Shown here: positions 24,527 to 35,563 of the stretch, in pieces
How positions within the stretch are numbered: the stretch's first letter is position 1
How the letters are laid out: each line of letters opens with the position of its first letter
Source: Calcarisporiella thermophila CBS 279.70
Lineage: Eukaryota > Fungi > Calcarisporiellomycota
Direction of reading: 5' to 3'
Assembly: GCF_041956535.1 (NCBI RefSeq)
Contig: NW_027192196.1
Location: forward strand, 104,566-141,817
Length of the DNA stretch: 37,252 nucleotides
Made by a program: the position numbers and the translations under genes
Notes under the pieces: model-generated
Database searches by the model: none
Seen by the model: the letters and a program-made list of their open reading frames with translations, nothing else
What the model was told of the DNA's origin: nothing

Positions 24527-24838
24527 ATGATGAAATCAATTGTCACCATCGCAGCTATAGTAATATTAAGCTTTGCCTCTATTTCCAAAGGGCATCCAGT
24601 CAAAAATATTGAGACACCCAATTCTGTAAATCATCAAAATGAAGATTCTGAATCACCAAATCAAATATATGCTAGTGGTATGTCTCCCGATTTGTCAGCG
24701 AATGTGGGCAACAATTTGGATGCCGATGTAAACGGTGTGTTAGGTCTTATTAGGTATCCAACTGGTCTAATTGAGGAAAGTGGTGCTCAGGCATCTCTTC
24801 TTGTGTCCGGTGGGAGGGGATTATCACAGAAGAAATGA
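24527..24838 (+). CDS. Small secreted protein (103 aa), Cys-free, unknown function
   Basis: Signal peptide MMKSIVTIAAIVILSFASISKG; TATA-like TATAAA near 24379. Confidence 0.6.
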   Translation: MMKSIVTIAAIVILSFASISKGHPVKNIETPNSVNHQNEDSESPNQIYASGMSPDLSANVGNNLDADVNGVLGLIRYPTGLIEESGAQASLLVSGGRGLSQKK

Positions 24839-25338
24839 GAAGAAAGAAGAGAATAGCAAAAAGTATTGTTAACCCTATAGCAGATTCTTTATGAAGTGTA
24901 TGGTTTTCTGATAAACTTGCGTTGAGTGATAAAATGGATGAGTTAATAAAATTATATCCCGGATAGATTTAATTCCATTATATATCATTATGAATGTCAA
25001 GAAGTTAGAGAGCACATGAGTCAATCATTCCAAAAGAACAAGACTTTAAAATTATTTTTAGAATTTAACATTAAACATACCTTAAAACAGATGACTAATG
25101 AAGAGGTACGAATTTTTAATCAAGTACCATTGCTCAAGCCTTTTCAACCTCCATTCATCCAAGTTGTTCGAGTTGTTCTATGTAATCACCCAGGATGAAC
25201 CTTAAGGAATAGATGTTATTTATTGTAGATTACTTAATAACTTTGTTTTGCATTGTAACATAGACGAGCTTACTTCAAGAGCAAAAGTTATAAATTAGCC
25301 CCAAAATGCAGTTACACCTCAATTCCTCAGTTTCGAAA

Positions 25339-25644
25339 ATGTTTAGAGTGATTATTTTCTTAGTGATTTGCTCATTGGCGAGTGCTGGCAACCCAGTAGA
25401 CCTGTATTCTGCTTACAATTATACAGGTGCACGTTTTGCTGCTGGTGCTCTTCCTAACCGCTGCCAATTAATCGATAAAAAGCAGGTTTATAACAACCTT
25501 CACTCAATACACTACAAGCATAATTTTTCCTCGCTCGCACTGTATGAGGATGATGGGTGCAGAGTATTGGTTGCAACGGTTACCAAGAGCTACAAGAAGT
25601 TTTATATCCCCTATATTAAAAGTGTTAAATACATTCATGGCTAA
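25339..25644 (+). CDS. Small secreted protein (101 aa), beta/gamma-crystallin-like
   Basis: Signal MFRVIIFLVICSLASA; VDLYSAYNYTG..C..NNLHSIHY..LALYEDDGC..IKSVKY; TATAAA near 25289. Confidence 0.7.
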   Translation: MFRVIIFLVICSLASAGNPVDLYSAYNYTGARFAAGALPNRCQLIDKKQVYNNLHSIHYKHNFSSLALYEDDGCRVLVATVTKSYKKFYIPYIKSVKYIHG

Positions 25645-26085
25645 TATCGAGCACAGAATAAATTACTACTATACGTCTCTTACCTAGAGCTTTAACAATT
25701 GAAAAATTTTTGTTTACAATATGAAAACATCACAATTTTAAGACTCACAGATATTATTTTCACTTGGGTTTTAGTAAAATATTTTCTAAACAAACCAAAC
25801 TCAATATGCCATAAGTAAAGGATGCAAATCCAATATTAATACCAGGTGATACCTATAAGATGATAAAAAAATCTATTGAGCATCTGTAAAACTCAATGTA
25901 CTATTTCATGCTATTCCTTATTTTTGAAGGACACAAGGAAAATTGAGATATAGCCTAATGTATTCTCATTAAAATGACAATATAATAAATCTCGATCATC
26001 AAAAAGAATCAATACAATACGGACGTTGTAATGTATTTCTCAAAGATAAAAGGCCATATCAAGGAGAGTGGACCCCTATTCGCAC

Positions 26086-26307
26086 TTAGGCATAGTCACA
26101 TGTACAAGTGGTGCTTGTAATGCCAATGCAGCGGCCCCTAATAGCTCCACAAGTATTACGACAAAAGTTATCGCAGTTTCCAAACAGACATTGGCCATCA
26201 GCCGTACAGTCCCTTTTTTCGAGGGCAGACTTGTTGGGGCTTGTGGGAATCGCAACCGCAGTTCCGATGAAGGCCACTGCAAAGACCAGAGGAAAGAAAG
26301 AGCGCAT
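26086..26307 (-). CDS. Defensin-like (CSalpha-beta) prepropeptide, 8 Cys
   Basis: Signal peptide, propeptide ending in Kex2-type KR, and a 41-aa mature peptide with CxxxC, GxC and terminal CxC; upstream TATAAAA near 26403-26409 on the minus strand. Confidence 0.8.
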   Translation of the reverse strand: MRSFFPLVFAVAFIGTAVAIPTSPNKSALEKRDCTADGQCLFGNCDNFCRNTCGAIRGRCIGITSTTCTCDYA

Positions 26308-28304
26308 GTTTGACGGAAGTTTGAAACGCTGTATGACAGACAAAAAAATTATAAGATGAAAAACTAGTGATTGTTTTCGCTGTAATTTCATCCCCCCTCC
26401 CCTTTTATAACCATTGCACTTTGAGGGATTTATTCACTCAATTGTGCTCATGGAAAAAGGTAAAGCATTTTCGCTATTCGTTATGATGTTACGCACTGTA
26501 AGAGTATATGCGTTCTAATGAATTTCTTTGACCTTCTCACCTATTAGAAGTATGGCTTTGGCAAACTATGTAACGGCAAACGGTAGTGATATAAAAGAAA
26601 TACCAATAATACGCGCATGCCTCTTGTTTAACCCTTATTTAGGTTATCAAAAAAATTATAAAGATATTCTAGGCAACTTGAACTTTCGAAGCCACCTAAA
26701 CTAATAAGACCTAGTGATTTTTATCTGTATTTGTATGCTGCATGTCGGATTTTTATTTCCGCGTTAATGGTCAATTCTATGGTATGCGCCACATAGATGG
26801 GTAATAAATCTTGGCGAAACATCGTAATCTAGTTTGTAGTTGTATTCAAAAGGAATAGAATCATCAAGGGGTAAACTGTAATGATAATGGGATAATTGCG
26901 GGAGAGCTATATATGGCTTTCTAGTATGCTAAGCTTTGCATGTAATCACAAGTCTCCATTTAAAAAGAATAATAGCGGGATTAAATGAAATTAATGAGGC
27001 GCGATATTAATATTTGGAGGGGGGTAAACGAAGAGTGCATATACTGTATTGCAATGACACTAATAAGATATATAAGATGATGAGAAATGTATTATGTAAT
27101 TATTACAATAGATCAAATCATATTTGGATTGTCCTATATCTACTTTTTCTCACTGAAATTTTAACTCTTTTAACTTAGCATTTGTGGTAAGTCGGAGTTC
27201 CATCAAACATATCGAACAGAGTAAATCAAGATGGGCAAATTTGTTCTTTACAAAATCGCATGAAAATAACCAAATGTATACAACTAAACCTCATAAAATA
27301 AGAGATAGATGATGATGGCCCACATTTGCGAATACCATTACCTCTTTAGGCCGATTTTTGTTCGAAGAAGCTAGAGTCGATCTGTATTTCAATTTCAGAG
27401 CAAATTTAATCTGAGTTGGTTGAGGGAATATTTTCGAGGCGTAGACTTAATTTGTCCTTTAATAGTATATAAAATGGAATTGATCTAGAAATATTATCCA
27501 TTCTAAAAATGCGATCAGAGACTCGGGGTTCATAGAGAGATTTTGGGTCAGCCGAATGCTGTTAAACGTGACGGAGTACTTTAGATGGGGAATTCTCTCC
27601 TCGATTTTTCATATTTCTAATATTGCAATTAGTAGCCCACCTAGGATCAAAAGGTGGGCTGTATTATAATTGAGAAACTCCCAATACTGAATGGAATATT
27701 TTGTCTATTTGGTGATAGAGAAGTAGAATGTAATCATTTTCTCATCCTCAACGAAAAGTTTTCATCTTGTCAGATGTAGATAAAGTTATCAAGGCATGCT
27801 GGAACCGGCGTGCAGCTAATACACTTCCCAGAGATATTAAGCCTACCCTTGTTTTACCAGCTTCTGTAATCAACGGAAACTACACTAGTGTGGCTATTCG
27901 TGAGATTTAGCAGAAGAGCAATTAATTGAAATGTCGAAAAATGCTGCAAAAGTAGAAAATTATGCTGCTAAAAAGTGGTGTGTTGATAAAAAAGAGTAGT
28001 TCAATATCACTCAGAGTCTTAAACATAAGAGAGTGTTTGCTCATTTAATTTTGTCGAATGCTTCATCTGCTTCCCCGGATTATGAGAGCTAACTAGGAGC
28101 CAAGTAACTTTACAGTAATATTTCCACTCATTTTTCTGAGGTAATTGTTATATTGTTAATTCATATATATATATATAATGCGCCTATTTACTTCAACAAT
28201 TTTTTTACAGATTGAATATATAAAAGGGAGAATTATTAAGTAGGTAAGGCGTTGGGAACTCGATCATGTTACACTGGTTTACAGTTGGGTTCATTCATAC
28301 ATAG

Positions 28305-29396
28305 TCACGCCTGATTTTTAGCTGCAGGCCCAACTCTACCGCCCGGAGCCGTGGCATTGAGACAACTTAGTGGGATGGGCGCACCCCACCTTGTGCCCCA
28401 GTTAGGAGCAGCGCTCCACTGGTGCCAAACTCGTTGTTCGCACAGTCCGACATGACCCACTCCATGGGAAACCTGTCTGCTTAAATAGAACCTGTTTCCC
28501 CCAACCAGGTGTGATCTCACTGGATTGGCGCAACTGCCAGGCGCAATGTAATCTCGGAGGTCAAAGGAAATTGCTGTTGCCATGCTCCATGGACACGACG
28601 CCCAAAATCTGGTCAGCGCCCAGTCACAGTAGAATAGTAAGCAAATGGCAACGCCAGCGCCGCAAAGCACGGATAACTCAACTACCTGTAACGGCCCAAT
28701 GGTCCAAGTGATGGCTTGTATGTCCGAAGCCACTAGGCCCATCATCGTTGGGTCACTGAGTTTGCTACCCTCTAAACGAGACCTGGCAAAGAATTCAGCC
28801 CACACTGATCCGATCAGCCACGTCGTGAGAGCACTGGCGCCAGCACTGATAGCAGACCTGGTGAAATACGCTACCACAGCCGCTACCACCTCTGGTTCGT
28901 GGCCAGGGTTGCCAAGCAGCGTGCGTAGGCTAGGTTGCCTGCCACTCAGCATCTCCATGAGTATACCCACCCGTTCTGCACTTACGCCACGCGTCCTACA
29001 ATGCAGTATTCCCCAAATACGCACACTCTGTATATGCAATGGGATAACCACATGTGACACTATTAGGGCCATCACAATGGAATGCCCCACGCTCCAGCCA
29101 ACTAGTTGGTCAAATGAAGTTGCTCGATCTGCACTGAGAGGCAACACAGCAGCTACTATCAACAGAGCAATGGTTGGCACTATCACAGCTCCTGCGTGAG
29201 TCAGGCCTGCAAGAGCTGCGGTCGCAGACGACGCGCCACTGCTCCTGGGCGGGACCGGTGGCCCTCTAGTAACCCAAGCATACATTTCTTGTTGAACTGG
29301 AATTGCGGCAGTGGCTGCATGTGAAGACGCTGGCGGTGGGCTCGGAAGAGCTACGGGGCAGAGACTTGGAGAACTGATGGAATTTGGTTTTTCCAT
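28305..29396 (-). CDS. Hypothetical multi-pass membrane protein (363 aa), intronless
   Basis: Long ORF, more GC-rich than its flanks, with several hydrophobic segments; no family recognised. Confidence 0.6.
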   Translation of the reverse strand: MEKPNSISSPSLCPVALPSPPPASSHAATAAIPVQQEMYAWVTRGPPVPPRSSGASSATAALAGLTHAGAVIVPTIALLIVAAVLPLSADRATSFDQLVGWSVGHSIVMALIVSHVVIPLHIQSVRIWGILHCRTRGVSAERVGILMEMLSGRQPSLRTLLGNPGHEPEVVAAVVAYFTRSAISAGASALTTWLIGSVWAEFFARSRLEGSKLSDPTMMGLVASDIQAITWTIGPLQVVELSVLCGAGVAICLLFYCDWALTRFWASCPWSMATAISFDLRDYIAPGSCANPVRSHLVGGNRFYLSRQVSHGVGHVGLCEQRVWHQWSAAPNWGTRWGAPIPLSCLNATAPGGRVGPAAKNQA

Positions 29397-30590
29397 TATG
29401 AACTTCGCGGAACAGTAATGAATTGCTTAAAGTCAGTCAATATAATCTTAATAAAAATAGAAGTTCGTTCTAGATTAATAATATAGCAAAAACAATAAAT
29501 AATCGGAATATCCTCACCTTATAAAATAAAAAAGGGTGAAGAATAATAAAATAAAGAGGGTGGGTTTATATAGATATAGGAAATTAAAAGATGGAAGTTT
29601 ACTCAAATTATTTTAAGACTCTACACAATTGAAGATTGAGAAAGTTATTGTAAAAATAACTGCGGCGTCTACATCTTTTATATAGATCTCTATGAACATG
29701 GCTTGCACATATCTAGATATGTGCAAGCCATGTTCATAACTGAAAACAACGGCGTCAGGGGGTTGAAACTGTAAAAGTGCATATCTCCAGGGCACTCCGA
29801 AATTGAGCTCATATGGCACACGTACATGCTCAGAATGGTGAGGCACTAACCCTTTTTAGATAGCCTGATTGTATATTATATTGTAGGATTATAAGTAGCG
29901 TCATAAGAAGGAAATGCCTATTGGTTTGAGGACAAACATCAACGTTAATGGGCATATGATAGTCGAATTGCTTTATGTATTTCTGAAGTTATCGTTTATT
30001 ATTCAGAATATTAACCTCACTTTTCAGTTTCAAAGAAATGGCTTTATAAAACTGGTGTATTTTGAGAATCATGCTTTTAGCAAGGCTTTTAAAAGTATTG
30101 GAAGATACATTTCTACATAAGCCAAGCGTTTGAGTTAGATGAATGGCTTTCATTGCATGTGGCTCAGCAGATTGCAAAAGCCACGATAAACAAAAACAGA
30201 GCGACTAAATATTCCTACAAATTTACTGCCCCTAATTGAGATCCTTTAAAATTCCAGTAATTAATGTTGCAGTTAAATGTCACAATATATATATGCATTA
30301 GTTAATAACAAACTACTTAAAAAGGATGAATGTGAGTATGACTGTAAAAAAAATTTGCATTCTACACTATTTCTAAGAATACATGCAAGGCACGTTTAAA
30401 AAAGAGAACCTAAAACTCTGACGGACAAGATTAAAAAGTGTTGGAAAATGTTTTTTGAGTTAGTAAAAATGGCTACAAATTTTTCTCATTACATGGTCCT
30501 TGCTCCTTAATCCTTATTTTTCCCATAGGCTTTTTTTTTTAAAAAAAATGCATAATATCCCTAATAGCATATTTTATTTCCACGATTATA

Positions 30591-31741
30591 ATGAAACCGT
30601 TCTCTAAAATGAATCTTGCTAGTACATTCATGTATTCCAAAGGAGAAAAATCTTGCCGTCAAATAGTGAACTTTCTCGATATACATTACTCGATAATTGC
30701 TAAGGTCATTGTGGGAGAAAGAAGGTATCAACTTGAGTTCAAAACGCCACCTGGCGGTCGCCCCCGAACTCTAAGAGGCAGGAGAGAAAATAACAACATT
30801 AGCTTGTTATAGTCAGGAGTAACATGCCCTGTAAGAAGTCCATGGGTTAGGTTTAGAAAATGCTTTAAGATTGCGATCAATTACAGAATTGAAATAGTGA
30901 AAATGCAGATTTCTCTATTTCAGAAAATACCTGGTTGGGGCGGGATTCAAATTTCAAAATGCAATAGATTTATTAATATTGATCGAATTGTTTAATTTTT
31001 CTTACAGTATTTGCTGAATTATCAATTAGATCCACTTGCATAGATACGGATTGTGAGCTATGATCAAAAAATAAAGCCTCTTCCTTAAATAAAGAATTAA
31101 CAACAAGGGATGGCGTTCGCCAAAAGGCACTTAAATTGAAATTTGAGCAAGCGTGTAATGTGGTCCGATGAGAGTGGGTTTACTCTCTATCGGAACACAG
31201 GGGGAGAGTACCTTTACAAAGGCAAAGGTGAACTCTTCCGGGGGTTAAATTTTAAAACCGTTGTCAAGCTATTTGGTAGATCGATGAAGGTCTGCGGATG
31301 CATCACGGAGCATGGCATAGGAAATTCATGTAAGATAGCTGGAAGGTCGGACGACCTCCTTTACTGCAAAATCCTTCAGGAGAACGAATCGGGCATTTTT
31401 GAATACTATCGCATGTACGAGTAGAAGTAAATATTTTAGCAAGTCAACGATCCTAGATATGCTGCCATAAGTAATAGAGCTTGATTGAAGAATAGCATGC
31501 TACAGGTGCTGGAATTGTCTTTTCGGCATTTCGATATAATTCCCAATCGAGAATTTGTGGAGTGAGGTAGCAAATCGTCTCAATTATATTCTCAAAGGCC
31601 CAAGAACAAGTATGAGCTTTGGAAATGAATCGAAAAGACTTAGGAAGTAATTGAAAAAGCTTTTATCGAAAAACTTTAGGGCAGCATGCCGGCGCGAGTC
31701 CATGCCGTGTATAATGCCAAAGGAAGCTACACTAATTATTA
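30591..31741 (+). mobile_element. Decayed Tc1/mariner DNA transposon (transposase pseudogene)
   Basis: HTH-like KSCRQIVNFLDIHYSIIAKVI..GRPRTL; VMWSDESGF; MKVCGCITEHGIG; degenerate F*QVNDP (canonical FQQDNDP); PIENLW near 31543; SMPARVHAVYNAKGSYTNY*. Many stops and frameshifts; TIRs not identified. Confidence 0.85.
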
Positions 31742-32405
31742 ACAAAAGTCTGACGATAAAAGGTAAGAAGAAGAAGGATTGATTTCGAGAAATATCTTGC
31801 TAAAGCGGTGGTTTATTACGCCGCTTCTAGTAACCCATCTACATTTCATTTCTAAAATGCGGATTCAGCATTCATTTGAAAAGACTTTTTTTTGTATGAA
31901 GCGGATCTCTCTCCGGACTTTGGCAACAAAATTATTGCGATGGAGTGTCTAGCGAATAGTATTCACGGAAAAATTATTCTCCCGTCGTCCCATTCATATT
32001 CAATAACTGCCCTTGACTGCGTTGGAATGCCTCTGCATTATCAAAATTGAATTTCTCCACGATAACTATTAAAGAGCAATATAATGGTAACTATTTGTGA
32101 TATAGCTATTTTTTGAATGTCTTTAATAATCTACAGTAGTGGCTAACTTTTTATATCCTTGAATTAACTGGTTTTAGCACGTAATCACTTGTTCTATCCC
32201 TATCTAACTCTGGTTTCATTATATTTTAAATTGGCTGAAAACTAGTGTTGGAAAAATAAAGTAAGCATTTAATTAATATTGTCCCCAAAGACGAGAATAG
32301 AGAGACTATATTTTTTCACGAAATATAATTCACTGTAATTAAGTATTGACAATCCAATAGACTATCATTAGATAGGGGCAAGAAAAGGTTCGAGAATATG
32401 CCTTT

Positions 32406-32633
32406 TCACTCATTTACAAGACAATCATAAATATAAGTATCCGCTGTGCACCTATTTCGCCTCACCGCTCTACAGAACGGCCGGTCATTGCATATCCTTC
32501 TGCACCTGCTGTCAGCCTCGCTTTGGGTCTTTGCACAAAGTGCACCACACTGCGTACAAGCCTTTTCAGGAGCCGCTGAAGCAAGTGTCACCAGGGCAAT
32601 GAAGATAAGAAAAAGTACGAAAATTTGTTTCAT
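32406..32633 (-). CDS. Small secreted 8-Cys cationic peptide, paralog A (75 aa)
   Basis: Signal MKQIFVLFLIFIALVTLASA; C-x2-C-x3-C-x10-C-x3-C-x5-C-x7-C-x8-C. Confidence 0.85.
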   Translation of the reverse strand: MKQIFVLFLIFIALVTLASAAPEKACTQCGALCAKTQSEADSRCRRICNDRPFCRAVRRNRCTADTYIYDCLVNE

Positions 32634-32860
32634 GGTTACAATTTCATAACTTGCAATTTAGAGGAAATAAACTAGAGCAGCTGTGTAGAGTAGTATACAG
32701 TTATTTCGTGGCCTATATATACTTTTACCTGGAGTATTATCAGATGCCAGTAAATGAGATCTTTTCTCAAAGATGGGTGAGAAAGCCATTGATATTAGCT
32801 AATATCTCATGCAATGAAGAAGTTCGAAAGCACTTCTATTTCTTATGATCCACTTTCTAT

Positions 32861-32869
32861 ATGAGTCAT
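32861..32869. promoter_or_regulatory. AP-1/Gcn4-type bZIP site ATGAGTCAT upstream of peptide paralog A
   Basis: Consensus ATGA(C/G)TCAT about 230 bp upstream of the ATG, conserved in the paralog. Confidence 0.4.
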
Positions 32870-33918
32870 TTTACACAGTATAGGTTATATATCTCCATAA
32901 GCAAATGCGCATTGTGAGAAAGAATTATTAGCTGCATGAGAGAGCAGTTTAGCTCGGAAACTTGGCTCGAGGCTATAAGCATCTTTAATTCTATCGAACT
33001 ATTCTTCTGGACCAATAGATTTCTGGTCAGCATTCATTTTAGCTTTGCATAATCTGCACAGCCATAATTCAAGTCATCAATTGAATCTCGCTACATAATC
33101 TTTTTCTGATGTATGATTGAATCCTACCAGCCACTTCAAATTTGGAAATATGCGGCTTTCTATTAATTCAGAGTGTCGTGAACAAAGAGAAATATCCCTG
33201 GAAATTCTCTCGCGTACTTGTCTATTGTTAGTATTCATGGATATCGTTTTCATAGTTGACCTAATGCTAATGCATCGTAAGAAATGGCTAATCTCCGCAA
33301 TTTACAGTATATACATTCTTCGCACACGCCCATCAGTATAATAACCTTTTAACACAAGTAGGTAGATATTTAAATTAACTGGTGAATGCATGATGGCGAT
33401 AAGGGTTGTTTTACTCTGCTGATGCTATAATTATTGGTATGTTTAAATTGGTTAGTACCCCGTAGTGATAATAATCAATCGATATATCATCCTCGTGTAA
33501 TAAAGTAAATTCTCAATAAATGATTTTGCAACGCCCGGTTGGTACGAATTGGATTCCTTGAATGAAATTGTAATTTCTAGTTAACTTTGGCCAAATTGAC
33601 GATGCAGAATAGTCATTTTTCTATTGATTTTTTTTCTTTTCTCAATTTCATACATGCGGATCGGGTTTTATGAGAGTATTTTATAAAATTTCTTATTTCG
33701 TTTTTCAATTGATTCCAGACCTTTGTATTCAAATCAACTGATACTAGCGACGGTAAAGTAGAATGGCCGTATTGTACCGAGGATGAATAAGGAGAACTAC
33801 ATTTATTTAAGACATAAAATCATCTGTTATCAACTAACTATAATGATCATCCAAATAAACTGACGCATGGCATTAGCAAGAAGCATCAAGGTAAACTCAT
33901 ATTTAAGAAAAGATGTTT

Positions 33919-34143
33919 TCATAAATATGCGAAGCATCTGTATATATCGGTATCTGAAGTGCATCTGCTGCTCTTTTTTGCACTACAGAATGAATAAGGA
34001 CTGCATATTCGTTTGCATCTGATATTGGCTTCGCTTTGGGTCTTAGCGCAAAGTGAACCACAGTGTTCACAAGCCCTCTCGGGCGCCGCAAAGACAAGTG
34101 TCACCAGAGTAAAGAAGAAAAAAAGGGCGAACAGTTGTTTCAT
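33919..34143 (-). CDS. Small secreted 8-Cys cationic peptide, paralog B (74 aa)
   Basis: Signal MKQLFALFFFFTLVTLVFA; same Cys spacing as paralog A and shared LCAKTQSEA. Confidence 0.85.
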   Translation of the reverse strand: MKQLFALFFFFTLVTLVFAAPERACEHCGSLCAKTQSEANIRCKRICSPYSFCSAKKSSRCTSDTDIYRCFAYL

Positions 34144-34376
34144 CACTTTAAATTCGTAAGTTACAACCCAAGAATAGGAGAATATAAAACTAGGGTAACT
34201 AAGTAGAGTGGTAATCTGCATTTTCGTGGACCATTTATACAATTTGCAAGAAAGCCACGATGTCATTAAACTATATCTTTTCTCAAAAATGTATAAGAAA
34301 GCCTTCAATATTAGATAATATATCATGCAATGAACAAGTTCCAAAACACCTTTATTACTTACATTCCTCTATACCT

Positions 34377-34385
34377 ATGAGTCAT
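34377..34385. promoter_or_regulatory. AP-1/Gcn4-type bZIP site ATGAGTCAT upstream of peptide paralog B
   Basis: Same motif about 234 bp upstream of the ATG. Confidence 0.4.
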
Positions 34386-35563
34386 TTTACACAGTATATG
34401 CTATTTATCTCCATAAACAAATGCGCATTGTGATATGTAATAAATTGTGCTGTAGTCATTATAACTTTACTTAGCTTAGATATTCATAGTTGTAAATACA
34501 TGTCACTAGCTTTCTCTTAACTTGTCTGCCTACCATATTATCACTTAAATATTTACAGAGAACAATTAAAATATGTTATAATATTTAGAAGACATAGTCT
34601 GCCAGAAGCAACCAAGAGCATTTCAACAATTAATTATGTTGATTATTTGCGCTTGTGCTAATACTAATCATAACACTATTTTATATTATAGGCGAAGTAA
34701 CTAAGTAGTGCGATTGACTTTATTTATCAACCCTAAATTACATTTTCTGTGTCAAGATGGCTGAATGCCATGTGTTCGTAATAGTTTGTCTTGCATTATC
34801 AAAGCAAGGGAAATTAACAGCATGAGAGAGAGCTTAGCTCGAGAGCTTGGCTCGAGGCTATAAGCAGCTTAATTACTACCAAACCTTTCACTTGAACCAA
34901 TAAATCGCCGATCAGCGTTCATTTAGCATTGCTTTATCTGCACAGCCCTATACCGAGTCATCAACCGAATTTCACTATGTGAACTTATTATGATATGTTT
35001 AAACCAATCAACCACTTCAAATTTGGAAATAAACGGCTCATGCTTTAGTATTATTTCAAAGTGCTGGGAACAAAGGAAGAGGAATATCTTGAGAACTTCC
35101 CACACGCACTCTTCTGCTATCTGCTATTGGCACTCTTAACTGACTCGTCCATGATTAGCCTATTACTAATTTATCGTGAGAACTGGTATTTTTAGGAGAA
35201 AGCCAAATTTGCTATCGAACTTTATTTCAAGTTCAAACCATATTTCTCAATAACAAATATTCACACTTTTCGCTCCAGGCTATACCATGAGCTGACTTTT
35301 AGTTCTGAGTTTTAGGAATTGGAAGAACTACATAGCTCTAAAAGAGGGTAGATGTCTCTATAGAGGGAGGAAAAGCTCTATAGGAGAATGAGAACTCATG
35401 GACTATGAGCAAGTGGTCAAGTGCAGTTAGTGGAGGTAACGTTTATTGTGGATGTGCCAACCTGAAAATAAAAATGATCTCGACCATAATACAGTCTAAT
35501 CTTAAGTATGATTACCAAAATTATGTTTATTAGTAAAAGCTATAGGTACATTTCAATAATTCT

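Larger units (their letters stand above)
32400..35180. repeat. Diverged tandem duplication (about 32400-33300 vs 33900-35180) covering each peptide gene and its upstream region
   Basis: Shared blocks ATGAGTCATTTTACACAGTAT, AAATGCGCATTGTGA, GCATGAGAGAG..CTTGGCTCGAGGCTATAAGCA and CCACTTCAAATTTGGAAATA. Copy B has about 0.38 kb of extra sequence (about 34435-34815). Confidence 0.85.

Noticed and set aside
27634-27660. 9-bp inverted repeat AGCCCACCT..AGGTGGGCT (possible Helitron 3' hairpin or terminator)
   Set aside because: No CTRR end at the expected distance and no other element features.
28645-29199. 184-aa plus-strand ORF
   Set aside because: Lies wholly antisense to the longer 363-aa ORF; likely a shadow.
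34144-34344. 67-aa N-terminal extension in ORF 33919..34344
   Set aside because: Non-ATG start; the region is homologous to the non-coding upstream DNA of paralog A, whose protein starts at MKQ.
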